From the NCBI GenBank assembly GCA_965195285.1, contig CBDAFS010000003.1, forward strand, positions 8,257 through 72,256: a stretch of DNA of 64,000 nt, given 5' to 3'. The translations under genes were made by a program, and so were the position numbers. This DNA comes from an uncultured Aminicenantes bacterium (GTDB lineage: Bacteria; Acidobacteriota; Aminicenantia; UBA2199). Positions 45,503 to 56,295 of this stretch are shown here, one piece after another. Every line of letters begins with the position of its first letter. The first letter of the stretch is position 1. Under the pieces are notes generated by a model. It was given only the letters and a program-made list of their open reading frames with translations, was not told the DNA's origin and did not search any database.

Positions 45503-46344
45503 TTTATGAATGTTTCGATATCTTTCTGTAAATGATAGCTTTCATCATCACCGGGAAATGATCCAGCCTGGATATCATGAATATATTGTTTCAGGGCCTC
45601 CTGGATGATCCCGTTTAAATCCGCGTATTTTCTGACAAATTTGGGGAAATACAAACTGGTCAATCCCACCAGGTCATGAAATACCAGTATCTGTCCGTCA
45701 CAAAATCTACCTGCCCCGATTCCGATAGTGGGGATTTTCACCGATTCAGTGATCTTCCTGGCCAGCTCCAAGGGAATGGACTCCAGAACCATGGCAAATA
45801 CCCCGAGTTTCTCCAGTTCGATCGCATCCTCCAGGATTTCCCTGGCCACCTCCCTTTTTTTCCCCTGCACCTTAAATCCCCCCAATCTATGAACCGACTG
45901 GGGAGTCAGGCCTAAATGCCCCAGGACCGGGATTTCAATATTTAGGATAGCCTCAATCATCTTAAACCGTCTTCTCCCTCCTTCCAGCTTCACGGCTTCG
46001 GCTCCGCCTTCCTTCACGCAGCGGATGGCATTCTCCAGGGTTTTTTCAATACTCACGTGATAGGAGTGAAAAGGCATATCACTGACTACCATGGAAAGGG
46101 TATTGGATCGCGATACCAACCGGGTATGGTAAACAATTTCATCCAGGGTCACTCTCAAGGTATCCTTTTCGCCCTGGATCACCATGCCCAGGGAATCCCC
46201 GACCAGAATAAGATCAATTCCAGCTTCGGAAGCGATTTTGGCAGTGGGAAAATCATAGGCGGTTATTGCCGATAGCTTCTCACCCTGTTCCTTGATTTTT
46301 TTCAGGTACAAAACAGTACGTTTTTCTTGGTTAGGCTGGAGCAT
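45499..46344 (-). CDS. panB: 3-methyl-2-oxobutanoate hydroxymethyltransferase
   Basis: TAYD, LVGDSLG, VKLEGG, GHLGLTPQ, IGIGAG..CDGQILV. Confidence 0.95.
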   Translation of the reverse strand: MLQPNQEKRTVLYLKKIKEQGEKLSAITAYDFPTAKIASEAGIDLILVGDSLGMVIQGEKDTLRVTLDEIVYHTRLVSRSNTLSMVVSDMPFHSYHVSIEKTLENAIRCVKEGGAEAVKLEGGRRRFKMIEAILNIEIPVLGHLGLTPQSVHRLGGFKVQGKKREVAREILEDAIELEKLGVFAMVLESIPLELARKITESVKIPTIGIGAGRFCDGQILVFHDLVGLTSLYFPKFVRKYADLNGIIQEALKQYIHDIQAGSFPGDDESYHLQKDIETFIK

Positions 46345-46969
46345 AATATCTTATTCCTTTTTTATGGGTTTTGATTTCCTTCATCAGTTGCTGAACTTCA
46401 TTATGATTTTTCAAGTTCACCTTTTCCATATTGACAACCAGCAACGGTGAACGGTTGTAATTAAAAAAATAATAATTATAGGCTTCAAAAACTTCTCTCC
46501 AGTATTCCTGGGGAACTTCTTTTTCACCGTTGGTTCCGCTGTCCTGAATTCTTTTCAGCATCTCAGAAAAAGAAATCTGTAAATACACCACCAGATCCGA
46601 ATGAATGATGTTTTCAAGAAACAGATTGAACATCTTTTTATAGATCTCCAGTTCCTCATCATTCAGGATCAGATGGGCATAGATACCATCGCGGAAGAAT
46701 ATATAATCGGAAACGGTCATTTTATGAAAGAGTCCCTTCTGCTTGATTTCCAGTTGCTGTGAATAACGGTTCAGCAGAAAAATCAGCTGGGTTTTCAGGG
46801 AAACCAAGTCCTCACCTCTGGCCAACGATGAAAAAAAATCCTTTAAAAAGGGATTTTCCTGATTGTCACAGATCAACCGGGCATTGAATTGCTCGGAAAT
46901 AATCTGGGCCAGTCTGGTTTTTCCCGAACCAATCAACCCATCAACTGCAATATATCTGAACTCATTCAT
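46331..46969 (-). CDS. Deoxynucleoside kinase family protein
   Basis: YIAVDGLIGSGKT, NPFL, QLIFLLNR; usual position upstream of panB. Confidence 0.85.
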   Translation of the reverse strand: MNEFRYIAVDGLIGSGKTRLAQIISEQFNARLICDNQENPFLKDFFSSLARGEDLVSLKTQLIFLLNRYSQQLEIKQKGLFHKMTVSDYIFFRDGIYAHLILNDEELEIYKKMFNLFLENIIHSDLVVYLQISFSEMLKRIQDSGTNGEKEVPQEYWREVFEAYNYYFFNYNRSPLLVVNMEKVNLKNHNEVQQLMKEIKTHKKGIRYYAPA

Positions 46970-47150
46970 CAGGCCAAAATTATATCACTTATTGGCAGGC
47001 ATGTAAAACCGGATTCTCACCCATATGATCCCCTGATCAGGTCTTCGTATAGCCCACAGTTAAATCCTTTATGCTTGAATCCGGACAGCAGGGTCAGCGG
47101 TACGGACTTGGCCTGAATCTCTCTCACACCCATGATTTACATCGGGAAAT

Positions 47151-47969
47151 TCAACTTCTCAATTTTCGAACTTGCCGGGCAATGATTTTTTTTATTTTTT
47201 TAAAAGTGGGGGGAGGACCGGTCCTGACAGATTTACCATTTATATACAGGGCATCTGAAATCCCCCACTCTAAAAAAACATCTCTATTAATGGTTTGAAT
47301 CTCCTCAAACTCCACCAGGTTTCCGAATTCTTCCGATGCCTGTTTTGCCCTCTCATGAACGATATTTTGAGCCGGACACCATCCATTTAGGAATGAAGTT
47401 ACCTTCACCTTCCCCGGTATGAACTCAGGTTTTTTTTTCATTCTGATCCATCTAGGGGATACGGCATCATCAGAAAATGGTTTCCACAAGAGAACCTGCC
47501 CTAAAAGACCCATTTTATCTACTCTGGTATAACCTTGCTTTTTAAACCAGGAGGCCTTCATCCAGAACGGTAAGGGGATTCCCCAGGCAACCATGCCCTT
47601 GGCACCTCTACTTCTGGCATCCGCCTCTGCGGCCTGAATCAGGGCTTTTCCCATGCCCCTTCCCTGAAAATTTCCCCGGCCCTTTTGATATCCATGCACC
47701 CAGATGCATTTGATAACATACAGATCCTCACCGGCTGTAAAGGAATGTTCGATGGGAATATACTGGATCATCCCCCCTACCCGGCCATTCTCATCCTGAG
47801 CCAGTTTGACTGCCAATCCTTTATCCTTCATTCGCTCATACCACAATTCCTTATAATTTCCGGCTTCTTTCATTTCATCCGACCAGTCCTCCAGGCAGAC
47901 AAAATAGGACTGTTGATGGGCTTCATCCAGGTCAATGATTTTTATATCTTTAAATTGATTCATAGCCAT
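47151..47969 (-). CDS. GNAT acetyltransferase with C-terminal thioredoxin-like domain
   Basis: CIWV, FQGRGMGKAL; WCP motif in C-terminal domain. Confidence 0.8.
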   Translation of the reverse strand: MAMNQFKDIKIIDLDEAHQQSYFVCLEDWSDEMKEAGNYKELWYERMKDKGLAVKLAQDENGRVGGMIQYIPIEHSFTAGEDLYVIKCIWVHGYQKGRGNFQGRGMGKALIQAAEADARSRGAKGMVAWGIPLPFWMKASWFKKQGYTRVDKMGLLGQVLLWKPFSDDAVSPRWIRMKKKPEFIPGKVKVTSFLNGWCPAQNIVHERAKQASEEFGNLVEFEEIQTINRDVFLEWGISDALYINGKSVRTGPPPTFKKIKKIIARQVRKLRS

Positions 47970-48001
47970 CCTCCTGAAATATTAAATTGCCCATGAAAAA
48001 C

Positions 48002-48787
48002 CTACTTTTGCATCAGGGCTTTTTTTATGACATTTTTTGAAATCCCGTATTTATCCTTGAAAAAAGTAAAAATATCCTCCCGGGAATGAATCTCCGGCTT
48101 CATTGGGCTGCGCCTTTCCTTGCTGGCTCCTTCCACAATAATGACGATTTCACCCAACAGGTGCTCCGGTTCCAGAACCGTTTCCAGCGATTCCAATTCA
48201 CCCCGGATCATTTTTTCAAACCGTTTGCTGATCTCCTTTCCAATGCAAAATCGCCGGTTTCCCAGTACCGAATAAGCCGCTTTTAGAAAATTCTCCGCCC
48301 GGCGGGGAGACTCGTAAAAAACCAGGGTGTGGGGACAAGGAGCCAAGGATTTAAGACCTGACACCAGTTCACCTCTTTTTCGCGGGGGAAACCCCATAAA
48401 AACAAATGATTTCGGATTGATACCCGAGGCCACCAGGGCCGGGATAAAAGCAGTGGGGCCCGGCAGGGGAATGATTTCAATTCCATTTTCAATGGCTTTT
48501 TCGATCAGAATATAGCCGGGATCCGAGATCAGGGGAGTTCCGGAATCGGTGATCAGGGCTGCATCCCGGGTCCTGAGCATGTCGATAATGGCATCGGCCT
48601 TCCGGGATTCATGGGGTCGGTAATAACTGATCAACTTTTTTTTAATTTCCAGATGAGTCAGCAATTTCAAAGAATAACGGGTATCTTCAACAATAATGAA
48701 ATCGATTTTCCTCAGAGTATCAATGGCCCTAAGAGTAATATCTTTCAAATTTCCAATCGGAACCGGAACCAGGTACAACCTCATCAT
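48002..48787 (-). CDS. rsmI: 16S rRNA (cytidine1402-2'-O)-methyltransferase
   Basis: PIGNLKDITLRA, EDTR, DSGTPLISDPG, YESPRR, EISKRFE. Confidence 0.93.
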   Translation of the reverse strand: MMRLYLVPVPIGNLKDITLRAIDTLRKIDFIIVEDTRYSLKLLTHLEIKKKLISYYRPHESRKADAIIDMLRTRDAALITDSGTPLISDPGYILIEKAIENGIEIIPLPGPTAFIPALVASGINPKSFVFMGFPPRKRGELVSGLKSLAPCPHTLVFYESPRRAENFLKAAYSVLGNRRFCIGKEISKRFEKMIRGELESLETVLEPEHLLGEIVIIVEGASKERRSPMKPEIHSREDIFTFFKDKYGISKNVIKKALMQK

Positions 48788-48812
48788 TTATTATACTTTC
48801 CTAAGAAATTGT

Positions 48813-49628
48813 TTATTTATTCCAATCCCTCAAATACCGGAACTCCAGGCCGATGGTTCGGTTCTGCAACTTGGGGATGGGGGGCATGGTTCGCTTGAAT
48901 TGTGAATTTACGATCAAATTTTTTATCTTTTTAATCCACTCTTGGGGATATCCCAATTTTTGAATGTCTTTATCCTTCTTCCTCCTGTCAATCAGCTGGT
49001 AGAGGATTTCATCCAGTTTCCGGTAGGAAATCCCGATTTCCTTTTCATCGGTCTGATCCTTCCATAAATCGGCAGAGGGTTTTTTATTGATGATAGCCTC
49101 AGGTATCTTGAGATACCGGGCAAAATCGAAGATCTGGGTTTTGTAGAGATCACCCAGGGGAAAGAAGGCTGCTGCCGAATCACCAAACAGGGTGGAATAA
49201 CCGATCAACAATTCACTCTTGTTGGAGGTACCGATCACCAGGGCCTTTTTGCGTATGGAAAAATCATATAAAACCGACATCCGCTCCCGGGCACATTTGT
49301 TTCCAATTAACATCCGGTTATTGGTGGGATATTGATCAAAATAGGCATTCACAGCGGGGGAAATATCGATCACTTCATATTTTACCCCAAATTGATCGCA
49401 GATCATCTTGCCATGGGTCAGGCTTTCCGGTGATGAGTACTGATAGGGCATCAACAGGGCGAAGCTGTGATCCTTACCCAGGGCCTCCCGGGTCAGGGCC
49501 AGAACCACCGCCGAATCAAGACCGCCCGAGACCCCCAGAATTCCATTTTTAAAGTTGTTCTTTTGAATCGAATCCCGGATGAAACCGACAATCACCTTCT
49601 TGGCAACTTCAAAATTGATCTCAATCAT
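48813..49628 (-). CDS. nadE: NAD+ synthetase (synthetase subunit)
   Basis: GVSGGLDS, ARERM, GTSNKSE, GDLYKT, PSADLW..QTDE. Confidence 0.93.
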   Translation of the reverse strand: MIEINFEVAKKVIVGFIRDSIQKNNFKNGILGVSGGLDSAVVLALTREALGKDHSFALLMPYQYSSPESLTHGKMICDQFGVKYEVIDISPAVNAYFDQYPTNNRMLIGNKCARERMSVLYDFSIRKKALVIGTSNKSELLIGYSTLFGDSAAAFFPLGDLYKTQIFDFARYLKIPEAIINKKPSADLWKDQTDEKEIGISYRKLDEILYQLIDRRKKDKDIQKLGYPQEWIKKIKNLIVNSQFKRTMPPIPKLQNRTIGLEFRYLRDWNK

Positions 49629-50454
49629 TTAATATCCTCTTCAACTCCTTCAGAATGACCCCGGGTTTGTCATCCCGCAGATAATTGCTTCCGAGCCTGG
49701 CCCTGCGGACCGCTTCTAGGTCGATTTCAAAATCCAGGTAATCCTCCTCAAAGCAATCAGCCCGTTTCACAATGCCCTGGCCGGCCCGGGCAAAAAACGA
49801 TCCGCCCGGGAAACCAATGCCGTCCTCAAATCCGGTGCGGTTCACAAACACATAATGCTGATGGTAAAAAACGGAATACACGTACCCCATGTTTTCCCAG
49901 AGCTGAAGGGATTTGAAATGGTCTTTGTCCAGCATCCGGTGGGGGCTGTTGGATATGCCGATCAGAAAATCCACACCCTGCAGAAAATAGAGATAAGCAT
50001 GCACGGGAAAGAGAATTTCCCGGCAGATGATCAACCCCACCGTAAATTCTTTGATTTTAAAGCTACGGAAAGTATCCCCTGCTCCGAATATCATTTCTTC
50101 CTGGAACATGCCGAAATTGGGCAGCTGGACCTTTCGATGGACATGGCGGAGATCCCCTTGGGAAAAATACAGGGCTGAATTGTATATGATTCCGGGAATT
50201 TCTTCATAGGGGGCTCCCACCACGATATCAATTCCCCGGCTGAGGTCTTTCAATCTTTTGACCTCCGGGCTGGCCGGGTTCAGGGCCACATCATAGACAA
50301 TATCCATCAGATGGTAGCCGCTCAGGCTCAATTCCGGAAAAACAATCAGCTTACATTTATCCTCAACCGCCCGGTCAATCTGATGACAGTGGTATCTCAT
50401 ATTCTTTTTCAGATTTCCAAGGACCGGACTGAATTGAATGCCCCTCACTTTCAT
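49621..50454 (-). CDS. Nitrilase-family C-N hydrolase; probable separate glutaminase subunit of NAD synthetase
   Basis: E-K-C triad motifs FPEL, HRKVQLP, ICRE; overlaps nadE start. Confidence 0.85.
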   Translation of the reverse strand: MKVRGIQFSPVLGNLKKNMRYHCHQIDRAVEDKCKLIVFPELSLSGYHLMDIVYDVALNPASPEVKRLKDLSRGIDIVVGAPYEEIPGIIYNSALYFSQGDLRHVHRKVQLPNFGMFQEEMIFGAGDTFRSFKIKEFTVGLIICREILFPVHAYLYFLQGVDFLIGISNSPHRMLDKDHFKSLQLWENMGYVYSVFYHQHYVFVNRTGFEDGIGFPGGSFFARAGQGIVKRADCFEEDYLDFEIDLEAVRRARLGSNYLRDDKPGVILKELKRILND

Positions 50455-50545
50455 ATCCCCAATATACCACACAAAAAAAAATCAATCAACCGCGTTCATC
50501 TTCAATTGATAAGACAATCATGGATCACATATTTCAACAATTTAT

Positions 50546-50573
50546 TTGACAATATTTTTTTTTCGGATACAAT
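50546..50573 (+). promoter_or_regulatory. Putative sigma70 promoter of the M16 pair
   Basis: TTGACA-16 nt-TACAAT; the TTG start in the ORF track coincides with this -35 box. Confidence 0.55.
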
Positions 50574-50593
50574 ATTTCAACAGATTTCGGAAG

Positions 50594-51964
50594 ATGAAAC
50601 AGAAATACATCCAACCCCTTTTCATTTTCAGTCTTGGCCTGCTGGTATTCACCCAGCAGCTGGTATCTCAGTCCCTCCTCCGGCATCAATATTTCCGGAT
50701 GAAAAACGGGTTACAGGTGTTCCTGAAGACCAAACCGGGAATTCCGCTGGTCAACATGGTGCTGGCAGTCAATATCGGTTCAAAGGACGAATCCAACTCC
50801 GAAAGCGGACTGGTCCACCTGATGGAACACCTGCTGATGTTTTCCGGAACTGAATCCCATACCCGTTATGAGCTCATTCAATTGTGGAGACAAAAAGGTT
50901 GCTATGTCAATGCCCATACCGATCATGACCTGATGACCCTTGAAATCTCCTGTCCGGTCCGGCAGGCCGAATACTGCCTTTCATTGTTAAAAGAGAAGTT
51001 GTTTACACTCAAACCACAACCCAAGGATTTGCTCAAGGAAAAGCAAATCATTGCCGAAGAAATCATTCAAATGCAGGACGATGTTTTCCAACAGGGAACC
51101 GACCGGGTTTTAAACCTGCTATTTCCCGATCATCCCTATGCCAACCCGATATACGGACAGGCCTCTGTTGTCAAAAATGCCCGGCTGGATCAGGTCCAAG
51201 CAATTTATAACCGCTATTTCAGACCCTCCAACTGTTCACTGGCCGTGGTGGGAGATGTTGATCTGGATGAAATGAAAAATTATATCAACCGAACATTTGC
51301 CGATCTGAAACCGCCAGCTATTCCTTGGCCTGTCCCGGCCAAAGCAAAGCCTTTAACCCGGAACCGGGATGAGACCCTGGAAATGGATATCGAACAGGCC
51401 ATGCTTGTCATCGGTTTTTCGGCCCCTGAATTCAATCATAAGGATCAATTTGCCCTGTCTGTACTGGGACACATCCTGGGTAAAGGACCCAATCCATTGC
51501 TGGGGTTTGCCATCCGTTCCCGAAAAAAGCTGCCATCCAGTTTTTCAGCCCGGTACATTAAACTTAAATACACCGGGGCCTTCCTGGTCTATCTCAGAAC
51601 CGATCCCAAAAGGGTTAAATTACTGAAAAGACAGGTCATTAAGTTCCTGAACAGGACCAATACCTTTCGCTATGCAAAAACCGATTTCCTGAAAAAAGAC
51701 CGGCTCCAGGTCATCGATTACCTGGAGAGTGCCCGGAATGATATTAAACTGAGCGCCGAAAAATTCAAGGAAAGGGGGATCAACTCAGCCGTATCTTTTT
51801 CCCGGTTCATGCTCTTGAGAAATCCCGGGAAACAGATTGACTTCCAGCAGGAAATGCAAAATGTTTCAACGGCTGATCTGAGACGGGTGGCATCCAAATA
51901 TCTGTGCGGAAAATCCCATGCAACCGTTTACATTCTGCCTTTGAAAAAAAATGAAAGACAGTAA
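50594..51964 (+). CDS. M16 family zinc peptidase (catalytic subunit)
   Basis: HxxEH (HLMEH), NAHT, HPYANPIYG; signal peptide. Confidence 0.88.
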   Translation: MKQKYIQPLFIFSLGLLVFTQQLVSQSLLRHQYFRMKNGLQVFLKTKPGIPLVNMVLAVNIGSKDESNSESGLVHLMEHLLMFSGTESHTRYELIQLWRQKGCYVNAHTDHDLMTLEISCPVRQAEYCLSLLKEKLFTLKPQPKDLLKEKQIIAEEIIQMQDDVFQQGTDRVLNLLFPDHPYANPIYGQASVVKNARLDQVQAIYNRYFRPSNCSLAVVGDVDLDEMKNYINRTFADLKPPAIPWPVPAKAKPLTRNRDETLEMDIEQAMLVIGFSAPEFNHKDQFALSVLGHILGKGPNPLLGFAIRSRKKLPSSFSARYIKLKYTGAFLVYLRTDPKRVKLLKRQVIKFLNRTNTFRYAKTDFLKKDRLQVIDYLESARNDIKLSAEKFKERGINSAVSFSRFMLLRNPGKQIDFQQEMQNVSTADLRRVASKYLCGKSHATVYILPLKKNERQ

Positions 51965-53234
51965 ACGTATCCGTCCCTGGCTTGTTATCGTATTATTGAT
52001 TGCGGTTCCGGTATCTGTTGCCAGCAAAAAACTGCAATTGGAAAATGGAATCAGGCTGATTGTAGAGCAGGATCTATCTTCCCGGACCACGGTCATTCAA
52101 ATCCTGATCAAAGGGGGAAAACAGGCTGAACCAGTTTTGAAAAACGGACTGGCTTATCTGACCACCCGTCTTTCCATCGAATTGCCGGATGCCCTGAAAC
52201 AGAAAAAAATCATTGAAATGGCTTCCAGGATTAACTTCCGGGTCTTTAGCCAATTCTGCGTCATTACCCTTAACTGCCTGTCGGAAAATGTAAGCGATAC
52301 CCTGGAGATATTTTCAACTGTTTTTTCCAAGCCCTTATTTTCGGGGTTACGGATCAACCGGAACAAGAACCAAATGCAGCATCTCCAAAAATTGAAAAAC
52401 GAAAATGATCTGAAATGGAGTCAACAAAAACTAAAACAGATTTTTTTCAATTTGCCCCAATACCACGGCTCTGTTTACGGAGATCCGGAATCTCTGAAAA
52501 ATATTTCAGGAAAAGACATCCTCGAGTTTCACAGACAATATTTTCATGGTTGCAATATGACGGTTGCGGTTTCCTCAAATTTGCCCGAAACAGAACTAAT
52601 CCCGGTGTTAAGCCAAAGCCTTTCCAGGATTCCTTCCGGACATCAAATTCAATTCCAACCGTTGGAATTGAACCGGCCCGATAAAAGGAAATTTTTTCTC
52701 AAACGAAGAAAAAAACAGTTTTTTATTGCCCTGGCCTGGGTAAATTCAGAATTGAATTCCAGAAATTTCGCCCGAATTATTTTATTGGAAAATCTGATGG
52801 GCAAAGGAATCGGGTCCATATTATGGGAATTAAGGGAACAAGAAAAACTGGCCTACCAAGTAGATTCATTCTCAGATATATACCAGAATGCCGGGCTCTT
52901 CCTGGTTTATCTGAAGACCCATCCGGAGAAGCTGCCCCGGGCCCGTGAAAAGTTAACCCGGCTGGTATCAAAACTCTACCAGGAAGGGCTCAATCAGAAA
53001 ATCCTGAAAGTCCATAAAAATTATGCCCGGTCTGATTTTCTACGATTAAATGAAACCAAAGAGCGGCGGACTTTCTATCTGGCATTTTTTGAAGCCCTGG
53101 GATTGGGGTATCAATACCTGGATCAGGTTCCGGCCGACATTGACCGCATCCGGGATGGGGATTTTAATGATTTTTTGAAAATCATTTTCAATCCTGAAAA
53201 TCGGATCGAATTTGTCACCGGTCCCGAAACCTAG
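51951..53234 (+). CDS. M16 family peptidase, non-catalytic partner
   Basis: LENGIRLI, GLAYLT (no HxxEH), LREQEKLAY. Confidence 0.82.
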   Translation: MKDSKRIRPWLVIVLLIAVPVSVASKKLQLENGIRLIVEQDLSSRTTVIQILIKGGKQAEPVLKNGLAYLTTRLSIELPDALKQKKIIEMASRINFRVFSQFCVITLNCLSENVSDTLEIFSTVFSKPLFSGLRINRNKNQMQHLQKLKNENDLKWSQQKLKQIFFNLPQYHGSVYGDPESLKNISGKDILEFHRQYFHGCNMTVAVSSNLPETELIPVLSQSLSRIPSGHQIQFQPLELNRPDKRKFFLKRRKKQFFIALAWVNSELNSRNFARIILLENLMGKGIGSILWELREQEKLAYQVDSFSDIYQNAGLFLVYLKTHPEKLPRAREKLTRLVSKLYQEGLNQKILKVHKNYARSDFLRLNETKERRTFYLAFFEALGLGYQYLDQVPADIDRIRDGDFNDFLKIIFNPENRIEFVTGPET

Positions 53235-56200
53235 TCCGGAATAACATTTGGTAGATCACCGGCATAAGCAATAAAGTGGTAAAAATGGAGAACAAGATCC
53301 CACCGATAACCACGATAACCAACGGTCTTTGTATTTCAGATCCGATTCCTGAAGCAAAGAGTAGAGGCAAAAGCCCGATAATAGTAGTAAATTTGGTCAT
53401 CAGAATGGGCCTCAACCGTAAGGCAACACTATCACGGATTGCTCGGTCAACATCATGGGTGTTGACAGTCTTTCGTTTAAAAAATGAAATCAACACCAGT
53501 GTGTTTTCCAGGGCAATTCCCAGCAAGGCCAGAAAACCGATAGTAGAAGGAACCGACAGGTAAGTTCCGGAAATCCATAAAGAAAGGATCCCTCCGCTCA
53601 AAGAAACCGGTAGATTCACCAGGATCACCAGAATGTCTCTCCAGGATTTCAAATAATCGAATAACAATACCAGGATCAAGATCAAGGTGACAAAAAGGAC
53701 AACATATAATTTTTTTTCTGCCCTTGCCTTGAGTTCAAACTGGCCTCCCCATTTCAAATAATATCCGAAGGGAAGCTCAATTTGGTCATAAATTTTCCGG
53801 GTGGACTCCCTGACAATGCTACCGATATCCCTCCCTCTCACATTACATTGAACCGCAATATAGCGTTTTCCATTCTCCCGGGTAATGTTGGAGAAACCGG
53901 TTGTCTCAACCACCTCGGCCACATCAGATAATGGAATCATCTGGTTTTTACCGGAATGAACAAAATACCGACTTAAATCTTTCAAATCCTTTCTGAACTC
54001 AGAGCCATAACGTATGAACACATCGTACACCACATCCCCCTGGTAAATTTTGCTCACGACCTTTCCACCGAATGCAGCCTCGATTTCCTTTAGTACATCG
54101 GTCGGATTCAGGTCATGGCGACCCAATTCCTGTCTTTTCATCTTCACCACAATCTCATTCTGGCCGGAAACCCGGGTTACCTGAGCATCACTCACCCCCT
54201 GAATTTTTTCCAGGATAGCTTTGATTCTATCTGCCACTGATATTAACCGATTGAAATCATCCCCATACACTTTAATAGCCAGATCGGCTCGAACTCCGGT
54301 GATCAGGTGATCGAGATTGTGCTTGATGGGCTGGGTAAAGTTCAGTATAACACCGGGAACATTTTCCTTTATCCTGGCTTCAATACTCTTGATTAATTCA
54401 TCCTCACTGTCAAAGTCCCAGTATTTCCGATCCTTTAGAATAATAATGGAATGCCCCACATTTACCGGATGGGGATGGGTACCGGCTTCCCCCCTGCCGA
54501 TCCGACCATAAATCTTGTCAACAGCTTGAAATTCCATTATTAATTGCTGAATCCGCTGAATTACTTTTTCTGATTCTTCCAGGGAAGTATTTTGAGGTAA
54601 TAACTGTTCCAGCTGAATGGTTTGCTCATTTAATTTGGGGATAAATTCGGACCCCATATTGAGAACCACAACCATACTGAAGATAAAAATCAGGACAAAA
54701 CCGACCACTACTATTTTTTTCCTTGGGTAAAAATAATCAAATATTCTGAGGTATGTTTTTTTTAAAAAATTGAAAATGAATGCGGTAGAGAACAATTTTC
54801 TGGGCCCAAAACAATTCATCAGCGCCGGAGAAATAAACACCGCATAAATGATGGCAGAAGTAATGGCTATCAATAGAGTCAATCCAAAAGGCCTGAACAT
54901 TTTTCCTTCGACTCCGGAAAGTGTCAAAATGGGAATGAAGGAAAAAATGATTAAAATCATGGCGTAACTCAGCGGTTTCAAAACTTCTCCGACAGCCGAT
55001 AAAATATCCTGGCTATGGCAAATCCCTTTGGAACTTTCCTCCCGTTTGCGGGATATGTTTTCCACCACCACCACAGTGGCATCGACCAGAAGCCCGATGC
55101 CAATAGCCAAACCTCCGAATGACATCAGGTCGGCTGTCATACCGGTTAAGGCCATCACCACAAAGGTTATAGAGACGGCAAAAGGAATGGACAGGGCCGA
55201 AACCAGTGCCGAAGACAGATCATTGATAAATAGAAACAGAATAATCGCCACCAGGATAATGCCGATGATTAAGGCTTCGGATACAGTCCTAAAGGCAGCT
55301 TTGATAATCAGCGCCTGATTATAGACCGAGACCAATTTTATACCCTCGGGCAATCCGGAGTTTATATCCTTGATCTTCTTATCTATCCGATCGATCAGCT
55401 CTGAAGTGTTGACTCCGATCAGTTTCATGACAATTCCGGACACAATGCCAGTCTTCCGGTTAAGCAAGGCTTCACCTCTCTTTATAGCTGCTCCCGGTCT
55501 TATCTCGGCTATGCTGTCCAGAAAAACCGGAACCGATCCAAATTCTTTCACAACCACTTGCTTTAAATCTTTAATCTCTGAAAATAACCCCAGTCCCCGG
55601 ATGATATATTCCTCTTTGTTTCGGACAATATAACCCGCAGTTATATTACGGGAACTTTTTTTTATCCGGTCGACTACCGTATGCAGATCAAGATTATATT
55701 TAAACAGTTTACCGGGATCGACTATGATCTGAAACTGTTTCACCTCACCGCCGTGACTCATCACCGAAGCAATACCGGGAATGGTTTTCAGCTGAAGTCT
55801 AATCACCCAATCCTGCAGGGTTCTCAACTCAATGGAGGGAAGATTACCCTCCAGGACATAGACATAAACCATTCCAAGCCCGGTGGTGATCGGCCCCAAT
55901 GAAGGCGCCTCAATAAATTCAGGCAACCGGGCAGAAATAGCCGGAAGTTGCTGAGCAACCAGCTGACGGGCAAAATAAATATCAACCCGGTCATCAAAAT
56001 ACACATTCACCGTTGACAGACCGAACATTGAAAAAGAAGTTATTTTGTTGACATTCGGCAAGCCGAACAATGAGGTTTCAATCGGATAGGAAACAAACTT
56101 CTCCACCTCCTCCGCGGCCATGCCCTCTGATTCGGTAAAAATCTGAACCAAAATCGGCGAGGGATCCGGAAACACATCAATTTTCAGACTTTGATAGGCA

Positions 56201-56283
56201 ATGATACCCGCCATCGCAATGACAAAAACAACCAGTAATACAAAAACTTTTTTTTGACAGAGTATTTCAATTAATCGCTTCAT
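53215..56283 (-). CDS. CusA/CzcA heavy-metal efflux RND permease
   Basis: IDVFPD, EEVEKFVSYPIE, GLAIGIGLLVDATVVVVEN, EGKMFRP, RLRPILMT, GSEIQRPL. Confidence 0.93.
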   Translation of the reverse strand: MKRLIEILCQKKVFVLLVVFVIAMAGIIAYQSLKIDVFPDPSPILVQIFTESEGMAAEEVEKFVSYPIETSLFGLPNVNKITSFSMFGLSTVNVYFDDRVDIYFARQLVAQQLPAISARLPEFIEAPSLGPITTGLGMVYVYVLEGNLPSIELRTLQDWVIRLQLKTIPGIASVMSHGGEVKQFQIIVDPGKLFKYNLDLHTVVDRIKKSSRNITAGYIVRNKEEYIIRGLGLFSEIKDLKQVVVKEFGSVPVFLDSIAEIRPGAAIKRGEALLNRKTGIVSGIVMKLIGVNTSELIDRIDKKIKDINSGLPEGIKLVSVYNQALIIKAAFRTVSEALIIGIILVAIILFLFINDLSSALVSALSIPFAVSITFVVMALTGMTADLMSFGGLAIGIGLLVDATVVVVENISRKREESSKGICHSQDILSAVGEVLKPLSYAMILIIFSFIPILTLSGVEGKMFRPFGLTLLIAITSAIIYAVFISPALMNCFGPRKLFSTAFIFNFLKKTYLRIFDYFYPRKKIVVVGFVLIFIFSMVVVLNMGSEFIPKLNEQTIQLEQLLPQNTSLEESEKVIQRIQQLIMEFQAVDKIYGRIGRGEAGTHPHPVNVGHSIIILKDRKYWDFDSEDELIKSIEARIKENVPGVILNFTQPIKHNLDHLITGVRADLAIKVYGDDFNRLISVADRIKAILEKIQGVSDAQVTRVSGQNEIVVKMKRQELGRHDLNPTDVLKEIEAAFGGKVVSKIYQGDVVYDVFIRYGSEFRKDLKDLSRYFVHSGKNQMIPLSDVAEVVETTGFSNITRENGKRYIAVQCNVRGRDIGSIVRESTRKIYDQIELPFGYYLKWGGQFELKARAEKKLYVVLFVTLILILVLLFDYLKSWRDILVILVNLPVSLSGGILSLWISGTYLSVPSTIGFLALLGIALENTLVLISFFKRKTVNTHDVDRAIRDSVALRLRPILMTKFTTIIGLLPLLFASGIGSEIQRPLVIVVIGGILFSIFTTLLLMPVIYQMLFRTRFRDR

Positions 56284-56295
56284 CTATCCCCCGAA

